A stretch of DNA of 64,000 nucleotides from Candidatus Cloacimonadales bacterium (GCA_963662655.2 CAXXTU010000002.1:2112001-2176000), one strand, 5' to 3'. Positions 18,201 to 27,960 are shown, numbered from the stretch's first letter. The notes: generated by a model from the letters alone, not told the origin. Numbers and translations: made by a program.

Positions 18201-20744
18201 GTAACATTCGGATATCCCGAATCGGAAAACGTTTCCTTCCGTAACTGGCAGATCCCCGGCGCAATGGGACCAAGCCCCATGATCGCCGGACTCTGGGAAG
18301 ACCTCACTTCGAACAGCGGAGGCGTCTACTACTGGTTCGATGAAGAATCGGCTCAACCCGCATTTATCATTGAATATGACAACTGCCAGCTCGCCTCGGG
18401 CGGAAACGTCACATTCGAAATCATTCTCTACAATCCCGAGCACAACGCCACACCGCAAGGTGACGGTCTGATCAAGATTCAATATCAGGAATTCGAAAAT
18501 ACGGATTCTTACAACGAAGCCAGCGGCCCTCAAGGCAACTATTGTACGATCGGTATCGAAGATCATACAGGAACCGTCGGGCTTCAATACACATACGAAA
18601 ACGATTACCCTGCCGGAGCGATGCCACTTGCCGACAACACGGCAATCCTCTTCTCAGGCATTCCGATCATCTACCCGGATTCATTCCTCATGCTCGGTGA
18701 CATCATCGTTCACGATGAAAACGGAAGCGGCATTATCGACGCCGGCGAATCCGTTGATCTCGGCGTATTCATGCAGAACGTCGGCCTGACGGAAACCAGC
18801 GGCGCTTTCGCAACGCTCAGCTGTTACGATCCCTACGTTACCGTTACGGCAGACACCTCCTCCTACCAGTCGATTGGAAGCGGACAATCCGCTACAAACA
18901 CGCATTTCTTCTCGTTCTCGACCCTTCCGCAAACGCCGGACAACCACGTTATCACATTCGAAATGAACATCGAGAACAGCGATGGCGATTGGGATTACAT
19001 GTTCACAGCAGTAGTGCGCAGATCTTCGGTACACGTGATCTCTTCCATGATCAACGACATCGACGAGAACAACAACGGCGTGATGGACCCGGGCGAGACG
19101 GCGAAGCTGATTATCAACCTGGGTAACGACTCCGATTCACCGGCTTATGACGTTAGTGCGGCTCTGAGTACGGACAGCGAGTACGTGACGATCGGGACTT
19201 CCGAAGTCGTGTACGGCGACATTATGCCAGGCCATAACATGCAGAAGGTATTCATGATCACGGTTAGCGAAGACGCGGTAACTCCGGGCTCGGCTGACTT
19301 CGATCTGGAAATCGAGCACATGTATACCGAGCCTTCGATCTACTCCTTCCCAATGGGTATCGGCGACTGGGGATTCCAGGAAAGCTTCGAGACGGACAAC
19401 GGCGGATTCTATTCCTATGCCGGCTGGCAATACGGTATTCCTTCCGTCGGGGCGCATTCCGGCGACAAGTGCTGGGCGACTCACATCGCGGCGAACTATG
19501 GTAACAACGTTAGCTGGTACCTCAACACGCAGCGCTTCTTTATCGGAGACAACACCCAACTCACCTTCTGGCAGTATTTCGACACGGAAGCCGGATACGA
19601 CGGCGGTAACGTGAAGATATCCAACTCCAACGGCATCGCTTGGGATTTAATCTACCCGGTTGGCGGTTACAACACGAACAACATTTATAACGGAACCTCT
19701 GGCGTGGGCGGCGAGCCGGGATTTACCGGCGAGTCCGGCGGCTGGCAGCAGGTTACCTTCGATCTCTCGGAATACACCGGCAATGAAATCATTCTGCGCT
19801 GGCACTTCGGCACGAACAGCTCCACCGTCGACTACGGTTGGGCCATCGACGACGTGGTGGTATCCGGAGGTCAGGAACGCTCCGGAATCATCAACGGAAC
19901 GGTCTCGCTCAGCGATCCCTACGGTGACCTGGTACTTACGGAGATCACCGTTGGCGATTACACGACATTCCCGAACAACGAGGGTAATTACGAACTCTAC
20001 GTCCCGGGCGGTCTGTACGATCTCACCGCCACCCTTCCAGGATTCGAAATCGGTCTTTACGAAGACGTGACCATCGAGGCCGGACAGGAGTTCGAGGACT
20101 ACGATTTCGAACTCACCTATCTGTGCCCCCCAGCGGAATTGGACAAGAATCTCAACACATCCACCGGCGCTCTCGAGCTCTTCTGGGCCTACAACCCGCC
20201 GACAGTGGCTCGCGACAGCGGTCGCAAGCAGACTACGCTGGATCGTGACGAATTCATTCAGTTCAACATCTACAAGCAGACCGAGAGCGGATACTACGTG
20301 ATGGTGGACAGCACCGAATCGCAGGAATGGAACGACACCGTCGACATGCATCGCATTTATCGCTACTACGTGACCGCGCTGTACGACACCGGCGAAAGCC
20401 TTCCGTCCAACATCCTCGGCGTCAACATCAACACGAACGCAACCGGCGAAGAGGGCGTTATCGAGTTCACCAACAACCTGGAGAACAACTACCCGAATCC
20501 GTTCAACCCGGAAACGACCTTCGCGTTCTCCATTGCGGAACCCGGCAAGGTTAGCCTGCGGGTGTACAACGTGAGAGGCCAGTTGGTAAAAACCCTGACA
20601 AACGACCGACTGGATGCCGGACGCCACACCATTACGTGGAACGGTACGGCCAACACGGGCAAGCCGGTTTCTTCCGGTATTTACTTCTACCGCCTCGAAA
20701 CCGACAACTATACGAAAACACGCAAAGCGCTGCTCCTCAAGTAG
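15231..20744 (+). CDS. Gingipain-like C25 family protein: propeptide, C25 domain, Ig/adhesin-like domains, FN3 and FlgD/T9SS-like CTD
   Basis: Signal peptide; WKRQKG; YVVIVGD; DHPYTLLDGND..SDVFIGRIS; ITCDTG; NQMGDP; C-terminal NYPNPFNPET...KALLLK. Confidence 0.9.
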   Translation: MKRLTGGRSIRAYFIFSILLIFSMLSAYELELGNPENVPLFSCSESNDAFTEFTFTLDGIEVTEEVVNGMIFQHLEHSKAAYTLDAGMPEFPVFGTMIAIPDLGNVSFEIVNQIYRRFNDFYIYPSQGVTLEGNPHEFHYNESYYGGKGTYDLQPVLVGEPAIMRDWRTVPVNIQPVKWDVKTGELQVITKLTVRLNYSSEPSINELDRSQRKLSRSFEALYEGSILNYSLIRDEDPEYQTRSILVIHPNVTEVTEQVTSFANWKRQKGFKITTASTSQTGTSNSSVKSYIQSMYDDEEDRPEYVVIVGDVSGSIGIPTWIENYSYYNGEGDHPYTLLDGNDYLSDVFIGRISVSTVTELMTFLSKMNIYERNVNIAAPERFHRSLLVGDTSPSGFSCIVTNKYVKDQILSKDPEHTFTELYAADPSPNDMDTAINAGVLFFNYRGWIGMSGWTTSNISGLSNISKICNATIITCDTGSFSGTARTEAFIRAGSPSAPKGAVSAIGMATSGTHTQFNNMLDGGIYHGLQSLGMRTMGEAVNNAKVEFYVAYYNIAQNYVNMFTHWFNQMGDPTMDVWVNMPLEMNVSYDDNLPFGQDYIEVNVTDDDSYPIENAWVTARKGNDEIFASGYTDNIGNIVLQFDGENAGDVDLTVTKPDYIPHLGEFTISSTGGIAYYSMNIDDDNGGNSSGNGNGNVEPGETIELIVNLKNYDSSSYSNVSAELIANDPYVEITTADGDYGTMSAGGTAEVSQAYVFTVSPDAPDNHQFQFLLDIEDGSTNDWTGRLWITIAGNDIDIQSLSVIDGNNTMDPGDTVQLRFTIVNNGQTDLDDVWGELRSLNGLVGVNDSIGYFGSISAGQTATCTTDNYEVYSMAQILPGMQIPLELVLYNTDGYEEEEIAKLPIGNVTVTDPLGPDAYGYVCYDSNDSDYADAPEYDWIEINPSNGGQGTSAGVGDSSIESGTINFFDLPFTFTFYGEEYDNIGICSNGYVTFGYPESENVSFRNWQIPGAMGPSPMIAGLWEDLTSNSGGVYYWFDEESAQPAFIIEYDNCQLASGGNVTFEIILYNPEHNATPQGDGLIKIQYQEFENTDSYNEASGPQGNYCTIGIEDHTGTVGLQYTYENDYPAGAMPLADNTAILFSGIPIIYPDSFLMLGDIIVHDENGSGIIDAGESVDLGVFMQNVGLTETSGAFATLSCYDPYVTVTADTSSYQSIGSGQSATNTHFFSFSTLPQTPDNHVITFEMNIENSDGDWDYMFTAVVRRSSVHVISSMINDIDENNNGVMDPGETAKLIINLGNDSDSPAYDVSAALSTDSEYVTIGTSEVVYGDIMPGHNMQKVFMITVSEDAVTPGSADFDLEIEHMYTEPSIYSFPMGIGDWGFQESFETDNGGFYSYAGWQYGIPSVGAHSGDKCWATHIAANYGNNVSWYLNTQRFFIGDNTQLTFWQYFDTEAGYDGGNVKISNSNGIAWDLIYPVGGYNTNNIYNGTSGVGGEPGFTGESGGWQQVTFDLSEYTGNEIILRWHFGTNSSTVDYGWAIDDVVVSGGQERSGIINGTVSLSDPYGDLVLTEITVGDYTTFPNNEGNYELYVPGGLYDLTATLPGFEIGLYEDVTIEAGQEFEDYDFELTYLCPPAELDKNLNTSTGALELFWAYNPPTVARDSGRKQTTLDRDEFIQFNIYKQTESGYYVMVDSTESQEWNDTVDMHRIYRYYVTALYDTGESLPSNILGVNINTNATGEEGVIEFTNNLENNYPNPFNPETTFAFSIAEPGKVSLRVYNVRGQLVKTLTNDRLDAGRHTITWNGTANTGKPVSSGIYFYRLETDNYTKTRKALLLK

Positions 20745-20763
20745 CCGCTACGCAATATATCGC

Positions 20764-20797
20764 AACGCCGCCCCCAGAAATGGAGGCGGCGTTTTTT
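20764..20797 (+). terminator. Terminator of the C25 gene
   Basis: AACGCCGCC...GGCGGCGTT followed by TTTT. Confidence 0.85.
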
Positions 20798-20804
20798 CTG
20801 CATT

Positions 20805-20867
20805 TATGTCACCCTGAGCTGTGTGTTTTACGAGGAAAAACACGAATCCTCATAGAATCGAAGGGGC
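20805..20867 (+). repeat. TGTC/CGTC-type REP-like palindrome with expanded loop
   Basis: TATGTCACCCTGAGCT-[~37 nt]-TCGAAGGGGC; inverted partner at 22033-22059; second expanded copy at 23299-23359. Confidence 0.75.
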
Positions 20868-20974
20868 CTTTCCATGATATGCAGATACCCAATGTCTCTA
20901 TTTGATCTTCTTTCTTGACATTTCTTATGAATAGCAAGCACTTTTGCTTTGTATATTAATTGATGGAGGTAAAT

Positions 20975-22021
20975 ATGGCAACCAGCGAGGCGAAATGCCC
21001 TGTTTGTGGGCAAGAAGCAGAAATCCTGAACCCCGGTAATAATAATTATAGAAATGCAACAAAATATCACTGCGAGTTGTGTGGGTATTTCATGATTACT
21101 GATGATAATGGATTGCTTACGGAGATTGAGAACAACATAGGAAAAAATCATGAACTGATTTTTGCACTCAGAAAACACAGTTCAAAAGATAATATTGTCC
21201 AAATTAGTTCGAGTGAAGATTTTGATAGGCTAATTAGTGAAACTCAATTCCCTCAAACTTGGAAGGAAAAGGAGAAACTATTAGCGTTTTACGTATATGA
21301 TCGCATGGGAAAGAAAAATGGGGATGTTTTTATAGATAAAGCAACTTGTGCAGTGATGGGGGTTTCTGATCAACTTGAGTTCCGAAAGTATAGACAAAAC
21401 ATAATTAACAGCCCTTTATTTAACAAGCAGAAAACCCTGTTAGCAAACGCGACTATTGGACTTACCCTTTCAACTTATGGAATTAATTATATTGAATCTA
21501 TACTGTATCCTGAAGAACCTCAAGAGGAAAAAACAATGTCTATCACGCAAAAAAAACAATGGAAAAAAGCCTGCTTCCTTGTACATGGACGGGATGATGC
21601 TTTTAAAAATAAAGTAGCACGATATATAGAGAAAAACTATAATCTAGATGTTATTATTCTCCATGAACGACCTAATGCCGGACGCACTATTTTGGAGAAG
21701 TTTGAAGCACATTCCTCGGATGATGTCATCGACTTTGCGTTATGTCTCTACACGCCCGATGATATTGGATGCCTGGCTGGAGATGCTTCCGATCCTGCAA
21801 GCATGAGTAAAAGAGCGAGACAGAACGTAATCTTTGAAGCAGGTTATTTCTTCGGAAAGCTTGGACGGAAAAGAACAATAATATTGAAAGCGCCAACTGT
21901 AGAAAACCCCTCCGACATTCATGGCTTGGGCTACATCGGCACTGAAGGACAGTGGACCACTGATCTTGATAAAGAAATCTCCGCCATCTACGGCGACGAT
22001 ATCAAAGACATCAGGAAGTAG
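20975..22021 (+). CDS. Zn-ribbon + TIR-like nucleotide-binding domain protein (CAP12/Pycsar-type TIR), putative defence effector
   Basis: CPVC..CELC N-terminus; C-terminal FLVHGRD, LHERPNAGRTILEKFE, YTPDD, RARQNVIFEAGYFFGKLGR, PSDIHG; visibly AT-rich; GGAGG RBS and its own TTGACA at 20915. Confidence 0.85.
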   Translation: MATSEAKCPVCGQEAEILNPGNNNYRNATKYHCELCGYFMITDDNGLLTEIENNIGKNHELIFALRKHSSKDNIVQISSSEDFDRLISETQFPQTWKEKEKLLAFYVYDRMGKKNGDVFIDKATCAVMGVSDQLEFRKYRQNIINSPLFNKQKTLLANATIGLTLSTYGINYIESILYPEEPQEEKTMSITQKKQWKKACFLVHGRDDAFKNKVARYIEKNYNLDVIILHERPNAGRTILEKFEAHSSDDVIDFALCLYTPDDIGCLAGDASDPASMSKRARQNVIFEAGYFFGKLGRKRTIILKAPTVENPSDIHGLGYIGTEGQWTTDLDKEISAIYGDDIKDIRK

Positions 22022-22032
22022 TGCCGCATTTA

Positions 22033-22059
22033 CCCTTCGACTTCGCTCAGGGTGACATA
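22033..22059 (-). repeat. TGTC/CGTC-type REP-like palindrome
   Basis: Minus strand TATGTCACCCTGAGCGAAGTCGAAGGG. Confidence 0.8.
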
Positions 22060-22115
22060 CAAAAATCCCCTCCTTGCTCTCACAAAGAGGGGCAAATAAA
22101 GATGAATTTATATCC

Positions 22116-23210
22116 CTACTCCCTCAGCAGATTCAGCAATTCCCTCACCGCCTGGGTAACGGGCAAATCCCCGCCCACAATCCGCTGCTCGATGTCGGGC
22201 AGAACGGCCTTGATATTGGGATCGTTGTAAAACTTGTTCAGAAGCGCTTCCTTGATCATGGCGTGCATCCAGTCCTTGGACTGCTGCCTTCTGCGCGCGT
22301 CGAAGATGCCGCTTTGGGTGGTTGTGTCGCGGAATTTGGCGATGAGTTCCCACATCTCGGTAATACCGGAACCGTCGAGCGCTGAGCATGTCACGGAAGG
22401 CGTTTGCCAGCCCTTGGTGGCGGGATTGATGTAGTGGAGAACTTGTTCGATCTCGGCACGTGCGCGATTGGCTCGTTGCAGGTTGTCACCGTCCGCTTTG
22501 TTGATGACGATCGCGTCCGCCAGTTCCATCACGCCTTTCTTGATCCCCTGAAGCTCGTCGCCGGCCCCCGCGATCTTCATCAGCAGGAAGAAATCGACCA
22601 TGGAGCGCACGGTAATCTCGTTCTGCCCCACTCCGACCGTCTCGATGAGGATCACGTCGAATCCCGCCGCTTCGCAGACGAGGGTTGTTTCGCGCGTCTT
22701 GCGGGTGACGCCGCCCAGCTCTCCGCCGGATGGTGAAGGCCGTATAAAGCTGCTTCTCTCACGAGAGAGGAGTTCCATGCGGGTTTTATCGCCCAGGACG
22801 CTACCGCGCGAGATGCTGCTGGATGGATCGACCGCCAGAACGGCGACCTTGTGGCTCTGCTGGATCAGGTAGAGCCCAAACGCTTCGATGAAGGTACTCT
22901 TGCCGGCTCCCGGAACGCCAGTGATGCCGATGCGGATGGAGTTTCCGGAGGGCAGGCGACGCAGAAGTTCCTGCGCCTGATCGATGTGGCGGTTGCTCTC
23001 GATGAGGGTGATGGCGCGCGCGAGGGTGGTGCGGTCATCGGCCAGAACGCCTTCGACGTATTCGTCGATGGAGAGGTCGCGGCGCTTTCCTACGGGCTTG
23101 ATGCGGCGGCTTCTGTGATGGGGGTTATCGACGCCCTTCATCACCGATGTGGTGAATTCGCTTCCGGCGTCTTCCGGCACCCATTCGGGTCGTTTCTTGT
23201 CTTGAGGCAT
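22116..23210 (-). CDS. meaB: Methylmalonyl-CoA mutase-associated GTPase
   Basis: GITGVPGAGKST; AVDPSS; LGDKTRM; IETVGVGQ; NKAD; downstream of the mutase genes. Confidence 0.95.
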   Translation of the reverse strand: MPQDKKRPEWVPEDAGSEFTTSVMKGVDNPHHRSRRIKPVGKRRDLSIDEYVEGVLADDRTTLARAITLIESNRHIDQAQELLRRLPSGNSIRIGITGVPGAGKSTFIEAFGLYLIQQSHKVAVLAVDPSSSISRGSVLGDKTRMELLSRERSSFIRPSPSGGELGGVTRKTRETTLVCEAAGFDVILIETVGVGQNEITVRSMVDFFLLMKIAGAGDELQGIKKGVMELADAIVINKADGDNLQRANRARAEIEQVLHYINPATKGWQTPSVTCSALDGSGITEMWELIAKFRDTTTQSGIFDARRRQQSKDWMHAMIKEALLNKFYNDPNIKAVLPDIEQRIVGGDLPVTQAVRELLNLLRE

Positions 23211-23229
23211 GCGTATTCCTTAAAGGGAA

Positions 23230-23255
23230 AGGGCAGGCACGGTGACCTGCCCTAC
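23230..23255 (-). repeat. GTAG-type REP palindrome
   Basis: Minus strand GTAGGGCAGGTCACCGTGCCTGCCCT: GTAG tag followed by an imperfect palindrome. Confidence 0.65.
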
Positions 23256-23298
23256 AATATTCTATTGAACTTCGATTGGGTTTAGCGAACATTCATGT

Positions 23299-23359
23299 GC
23301 CCCTTTGACTCTATGAGGATTCGCGTTTTTCTTCGCAAAACCCACAGCTCAGAGTGGCA
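23299..23359 (-). repeat. Second expanded TGTC-type REP-like element
   Basis: Minus strand TGCCACTCTGAGCTGTGGGTTTTGCGAAGAAAAACGCGAATCCTCATAGAGTCAAAGGGGC is collinear with 20807-20867. Confidence 0.8.
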
Positions 23360-23379
23360 CAGATCGATGAAGTTCGTTG

Positions 23380-25548
23380 TTAGCCCAATCTCTTCTCGAG
23401 TTCTTCGAGCATCTTCTTCGCCGCGTCCGGAAGGACGGTTCCGGGTCCGAAGATAGCAGCCGCGCCGTGCTCGTAGAGGTAGTCGTAATCCTGTGCCGGG
23501 ATAACGCCGCCGCAGACGATCATGATGTCGCCGCGCCCGAGTTTTTCCAGCTCTTCCACGAGCTGCGGAAGCAAAGTCTTGTGTCCACCGGCGAGCGAGC
23601 TCATGCCGATGACGTGGACGTCGTTCTCGACTGCCTGACGCGCGGTTTCTTCCGGGGTCTGGAAGAGTGGTCCGACGTCGACATCGAATCCCATATCGGC
23701 GTATGCGGTGGATACCACCTTCATGCCGCGGTCGTGTCCGTCCTGGCCCATCTTCGCCATGAGGATGCGCGGACGGCGGCCTTCGTTCTCGGCGAATTCG
23801 TCGGTCATCCTGCGGACTTCTTCCACCGCCGCTTCTTCCGCGAACTCGCTGCTATAGACGCCGGATACGATCTTGGTCACAGCTTTATGTCTCCCATATA
23901 CTTTTTCCAGTGCGTCGGAAATCTCGCCCAGCGATGCGCGCAGTCTTGCTGCTTCGACGGAGAGCGCAAGCAGATTGCCTTCGCCGCTGTCGGCAGCGTT
24001 GGTCAGGGCTGCGAGTACCGCTTCAACCTTCTTGTTGTCGCGGTTCGCCTTGAGCTGTTCGAGGCGCTTGAGCTGCGCCTGACGCACGGAAGTGTTGTCA
24101 ACTTCGAGAATCTCGATCGGTTCTTCCTTGTCGAGACGATACTTGTTTACGCCGACGATGGTCTCCCGCTTCGAATCGATATGCGCCTGGCGACGTGCAG
24201 CGGCTTCCTCGATGCGGAGTTTCGGGATACCTTCGTTGATGGCCTTTGTCATGCCGCCCAGCGATTCGACCTCTTTGAGGTGTTCCCATCCACGCTTGAT
24301 CAGTTCGCCCGTGAGCGCTTCCACGTAGTAGGAGCCGCCCCAGGGATCGACCACGTCGCAGATACCCGTTTCATGCTGGAGGTAGAGCTGGGTGTTTCTC
24401 GCGATGCGAGCCGAGAAGTCGGTGGGCAGCGCGATGGCTTCGTCCAGCGAGTTGGTGTGCAGCGACTGGGTGTGACCGAGCGCTGCGGCCATTGCTTCTA
24501 CGCAGGTGCGGACAACGTTGTTGAACGGGTCCTGCTCTGTAAGCGACCAGCCGGATGTCTGGCTGTGGGTTCTGAGCGCCATGGATTTGGGATCTTTCGG
24601 GTTGAACTGCTTGATCAGGTTTGCCCAGATCACGCGCGCCGCGCGCATCTTGGCGATCTCCATGAAGTAGTTCATGCCGATGCCCCAGAAGAACGACAGC
24701 CGTGGCGCGAACGCGTCCACGTCGATACCGGCCTTGAGACCGGTGCGCACGTATTCGAGACCGTCCGCGAGGGTGTATGCCATCTCCAGATCGGCAGTCG
24801 CGCCGGCTTCCTGCATGTGGTAGCCGCTGATGCTGATGCTGTTGAACTTGGGCATGTTTTCCGAGGTGAAGCGGAAGATGTCCGCGATGATGCGCATGGA
24901 AGGTTCCGGCGGGTAGATGTAGGTGTTGCGCACCATGTATTCTTTCAGGATATCGTTCTGGATGGTACCGGTGAGTTTGTCGAGCGATACGCCCTGCTCC
25001 TCGGCGGCGACGATGTAGAACGCCATCACCGGCAGAACTGCGCCGTTCATGGTCATGGAGACAGACATCTTGTCCAGCGGAATGCCGTCGAAGAGGATCT
25101 TCATGTCTAGAATCGAATCGACCGCCACGCCTGCCTTACCGACGTCGCCCACCACGCGGGGATGATCGGAATCGTAACCGCGATGGGTCGCAAGGTCGAA
25201 CGCGATGGAAAGACCGCGCTGTCCCTGCGCCAGGTTACGTTTGTAGAAGGCATTGGATTCTTCCGCGGTGGAGAATCCGGCGTACTGCCGCACCGTCCAC
25301 GGACGCATGGCGTACATGGTTGCATAAGGTCCCCTGAGGAACGGCGGAATCCCGGCGGTGAAGCCAAGATGGTTGTATTCTTTGAGGTCCTCAGCCGTGT
25401 AGAGCGGCTTGACCGGAATTTGTTCGTTGGTTTGCCAGAGCGCTTCGCCCGGCGTCTTGCCCGTGGCTTTCTTGAAGGCCGCTTCCCACTCGCGGAAGCT
25501 GCCCGATGGCTTCATTTCGAGGTTGTGTTTGTTAAAAACTGGTCTCAT
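23380..25548 (-). CDS. scpA: Methylmalonyl-CoA mutase, large (B12-binding) subunit
   Basis: [31 protein letters not shown]12 motif [15 protein letters not shown]. Confidence 0.97.
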   Translation of the reverse strand: MRPVFNKHNLEMKPSGSFREWEAAFKKATGKTPGEALWQTNEQIPVKPLYTAEDLKEYNHLGFTAGIPPFLRGPYATMYAMRPWTVRQYAGFSTAEESNAFYKRNLAQGQRGLSIAFDLATHRGYDSDHPRVVGDVGKAGVAVDSILDMKILFDGIPLDKMSVSMTMNGAVLPVMAFYIVAAEEQGVSLDKLTGTIQNDILKEYMVRNTYIYPPEPSMRIIADIFRFTSENMPKFNSISISGYHMQEAGATADLEMAYTLADGLEYVRTGLKAGIDVDAFAPRLSFFWGIGMNYFMEIAKMRAARVIWANLIKQFNPKDPKSMALRTHSQTSGWSLTEQDPFNNVVRTCVEAMAAALGHTQSLHTNSLDEAIALPTDFSARIARNTQLYLQHETGICDVVDPWGGSYYVEALTGELIKRGWEHLKEVESLGGMTKAINEGIPKLRIEEAAARRQAHIDSKRETIVGVNKYRLDKEEPIEILEVDNTSVRQAQLKRLEQLKANRDNKKVEAVLAALTNAADSGEGNLLALSVEAARLRASLGEISDALEKVYGRHKAVTKIVSGVYSSEFAEEAAVEEVRRMTDEFAENEGRRPRILMAKMGQDGHDRGMKVVSTAYADMGFDVDVGPLFQTPEETARQAVENDVHVIGMSSLAGGHKTLLPQLVEELEKLGRGDIMIVCGGVIPAQDYDYLYEHGAAAIFGPGTVLPDAAKKMLEELEKRLG

Positions 25549-27554
25549 TGTACCACTCCTGTTCGCGTTGCGATCGTGCTAAGAATCTGCATGGCGTTCG
25601 CGCGGACGTGTATGAATTCATCGATACCGGATGCTTTATGTTGTTCGATCTGGTCTTTGGGATAACCGGCCAGAACCGTTACAATATCGGGGTTATTCTT
25701 CTTCAGACCTTCCATGATCGGCGGAACCAGCTCGGGGTAGGTGTCGTCGGTAGAGCAGATCACCACGACGGGAGCTCCGTTCTCGCCGGCGGCCTTCACC
25801 GCGTCTTCGACCGTCGCGAAACCCTTGTTGTCGATCACGTCGAATCCCGCCACCTGGAAGAATCCTCGGGAGAAATCGGCACGCGCCTTGTGCTGCTTGA
25901 CGCCGCCCATGTTCATCAGGAATACGCGCTTGTCGCCCTCGTACTCCATGACGCGGGTACGCAGGTCTTCGAATCCCTTTGCGAGTCGATAGCTCTCGAG
26001 CGGTTCGACAGTCATCATGTCGCCGTTATCCGTAAGTTCCAGCGCTTCCTCGAGTGTCAGACCGTCCTTGAACGCTTTGGAAAGCGTAGCGATGTCCGTC
26101 GATCCGGGCTTGATTCCGGATTTCTTCGAGCGGCACCCCTGGCATTTCCAGTCGGGACTGTCCCAGGGGGCAGTCACCGGATTCTCGTCCGGGTTGGTAT
26201 ACATGTTGATGCCAACCAGCACGTCTTTGCGGATGTTGAGGTTTTTGTCGCGATCGCTGCGGATTCCGGCGATACGGTTTTGAAGTGTGCCGGTCTGAAG
26301 CGCGTTGATCACGCCGCCGTCCGCTTCCATTTCGCGGAATAGGTTCCAGGCCTCGCCGGTGAGGTAGTTGGTAAGCGTTTCGATCAGGTAGGAACCGCCG
26401 GCGGGGTCGATCACCTCGTCCAGGTGCGATTCTTCACTGAGAATAATCTGTGTGTTACGTGCGATGCGCCGCGCGAAACCGTTCGGGAAATCGTAGGTGG
26501 AATTGAACGGTTCCACGGTCACCGAATCCGCCATTCCAAGAACGCCCGAAAGCGCTTCGGTGGTGGTACGCAGCATGTTCACGTACGGATCGTAGATGGT
26601 CTTGTTCATGAACGCGGTGCCGACGTGGATGTGCAGGTTCGGAGCACATTCCAGCTTGCCGTAGGCGTCGCAGAGGTTCTTCCACAGGATGCGTGCCGCG
26701 CGCAGCTTGGCAATCTCCATGAAGAACTTTCCGCCCAGCGCGAAGGAGACTTCCATCTTGTTCAGGGCAGTATCGAGCGCGATTCCTGCCTTGGTGAGTC
26801 TGTCGATGTATTCCACGGCGCTGGAGAGAAAGAAAGCAAGCTCTTCCACCGCGCTTCCACCTGCCTCGTGGCAGACTTCCGTGTGGATGGTGATCGGGTT
26901 CATGCCTGGGTGGTTTTCGTAAATCCAGTCTGCGGTGTGGACTGCGTCTAAAATCGAGTCAAATGTAACCTTGCCGCAGGCTGCCAGTTCACCGATCGGG
27001 TCCATACCCAGCGAGCCGTTGAGCGGTTTTTTCATCGCGTCCAGCATGGCTGCGAGCGCTTTGCCGGATGCGTAGCTGTTGAACCGCAGCGGCACGTTCG
27101 CCAGATCGATTCCGTCGAACGCCTTTTCGAGGTCTCCGAGCGTCTGCAAGCAGAGGCATGTGCGGAACAGCTTTTCCTTGATATGATTCGGGGCTACCGG
27201 GTTGATGCTGACGGCGGTCATGCCGCGCGAGAGATCGCTCTTGAGCGCTTTGTTGTAATCTTCGATCGCGTGCTCTTCAATCTCCTGGGCAATCAGCCAG
27301 CGTTTTTTACGGAAGCCCTCGGATTTCAACCCGCGTACATAAGCCGGCGTTCCTGGCATCGAACCGATATGATCCAGACAGTCAGTATCTTGACGATCAT
27401 AGATCGGTTCAAGCAAAAAGCCCTCCGGCGTCTTCGTTTTCAGCACCTTGTCGAAAGGCGCTCCCTTCAGCAGCTTGTCGGCCGCTTCTCGCCATGCTTC
27501 CCGCGTTGCTTCGGGAAACATCTCTTTCCATTCTTCTGGATGGTTTTGCTCCAT
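25545..27554 (-). CDS. mutA: Methylmalonyl-CoA mutase, small subunit
   Basis: [40 protein letters not shown]; lacks DxHxxG; GGAG RBS before ATG 27554; stop overlaps the scpA start. Confidence 0.92.
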   Translation of the reverse strand: MEQNHPEEWKEMFPEATREAWREAADKLLKGAPFDKVLKTKTPEGFLLEPIYDRQDTDCLDHIGSMPGTPAYVRGLKSEGFRKKRWLIAQEIEEHAIEDYNKALKSDLSRGMTAVSINPVAPNHIKEKLFRTCLCLQTLGDLEKAFDGIDLANVPLRFNSYASGKALAAMLDAMKKPLNGSLGMDPIGELAACGKVTFDSILDAVHTADWIYENHPGMNPITIHTEVCHEAGGSAVEELAFFLSSAVEYIDRLTKAGIALDTALNKMEVSFALGGKFFMEIAKLRAARILWKNLCDAYGKLECAPNLHIHVGTAFMNKTIYDPYVNMLRTTTEALSGVLGMADSVTVEPFNSTYDFPNGFARRIARNTQIILSEESHLDEVIDPAGGSYLIETLTNYLTGEAWNLFREMEADGGVINALQTGTLQNRIAGIRSDRDKNLNIRKDVLVGINMYTNPDENPVTAPWDSPDWKCQGCRSKKSGIKPGSTDIATLSKAFKDGLTLEEALELTDNGDMMTVEPLESYRLAKGFEDLRTRVMEYEGDKRVFLMNMGGVKQHKARADFSRGFFQVAGFDVIDNKGFATVEDAVKAAGENGAPVVVICSTDDTYPELVPPIMEGLKKNNPDIVTVLAGYPKDQIEQHKASGIDEFIHVRANAMQILSTIATRTGVVQ

Positions 27555-27596
27555 GGTGTTTCTCCATCGAATCTTAATGTGAAGTTTCACTTCGGC

Positions 27597-27743
27597 GCAG
27601 TAATTATACGATTTACCGATTGATGAACCACCAAATGAAAAAAGGTCCATCGGGAAATCGTTCCCAGAGAACCATTTCCGCATCCTTCATCTCTCTGATT
27701 CATGAATCGTCAAAGCGGAAATGGTATCAACTGCAATTACTGC
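27597..27743 (-). promoter_or_regulatory. Candidate attenuator/structured leader of the mut operon
   Basis: GCAGTAATT/AATTACTGC encloses ACCATTTCCGC/GCGGAAATGGT and a hairpin followed by U6 (27638-27673). Confidence 0.45.
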
Positions 27744-27960
27744 AAATTCACTTGGGTGACGTATTCGCCGAATTCAGCAACATGTCAATGAAAATCGAAG
27801 CCGGACATCCCTTTATCAGGACGAAGCCGGATGTATTAAAACGGACTTGATTCCGAAATGAACTTGACAAGCGGAAGCGTGAAACTAAATTATTAATATA
27901 GCTTATCAATTTGATTTATGATTCTTGTTGCGGCATTACATAACCTTGAGGAGGGTTATT

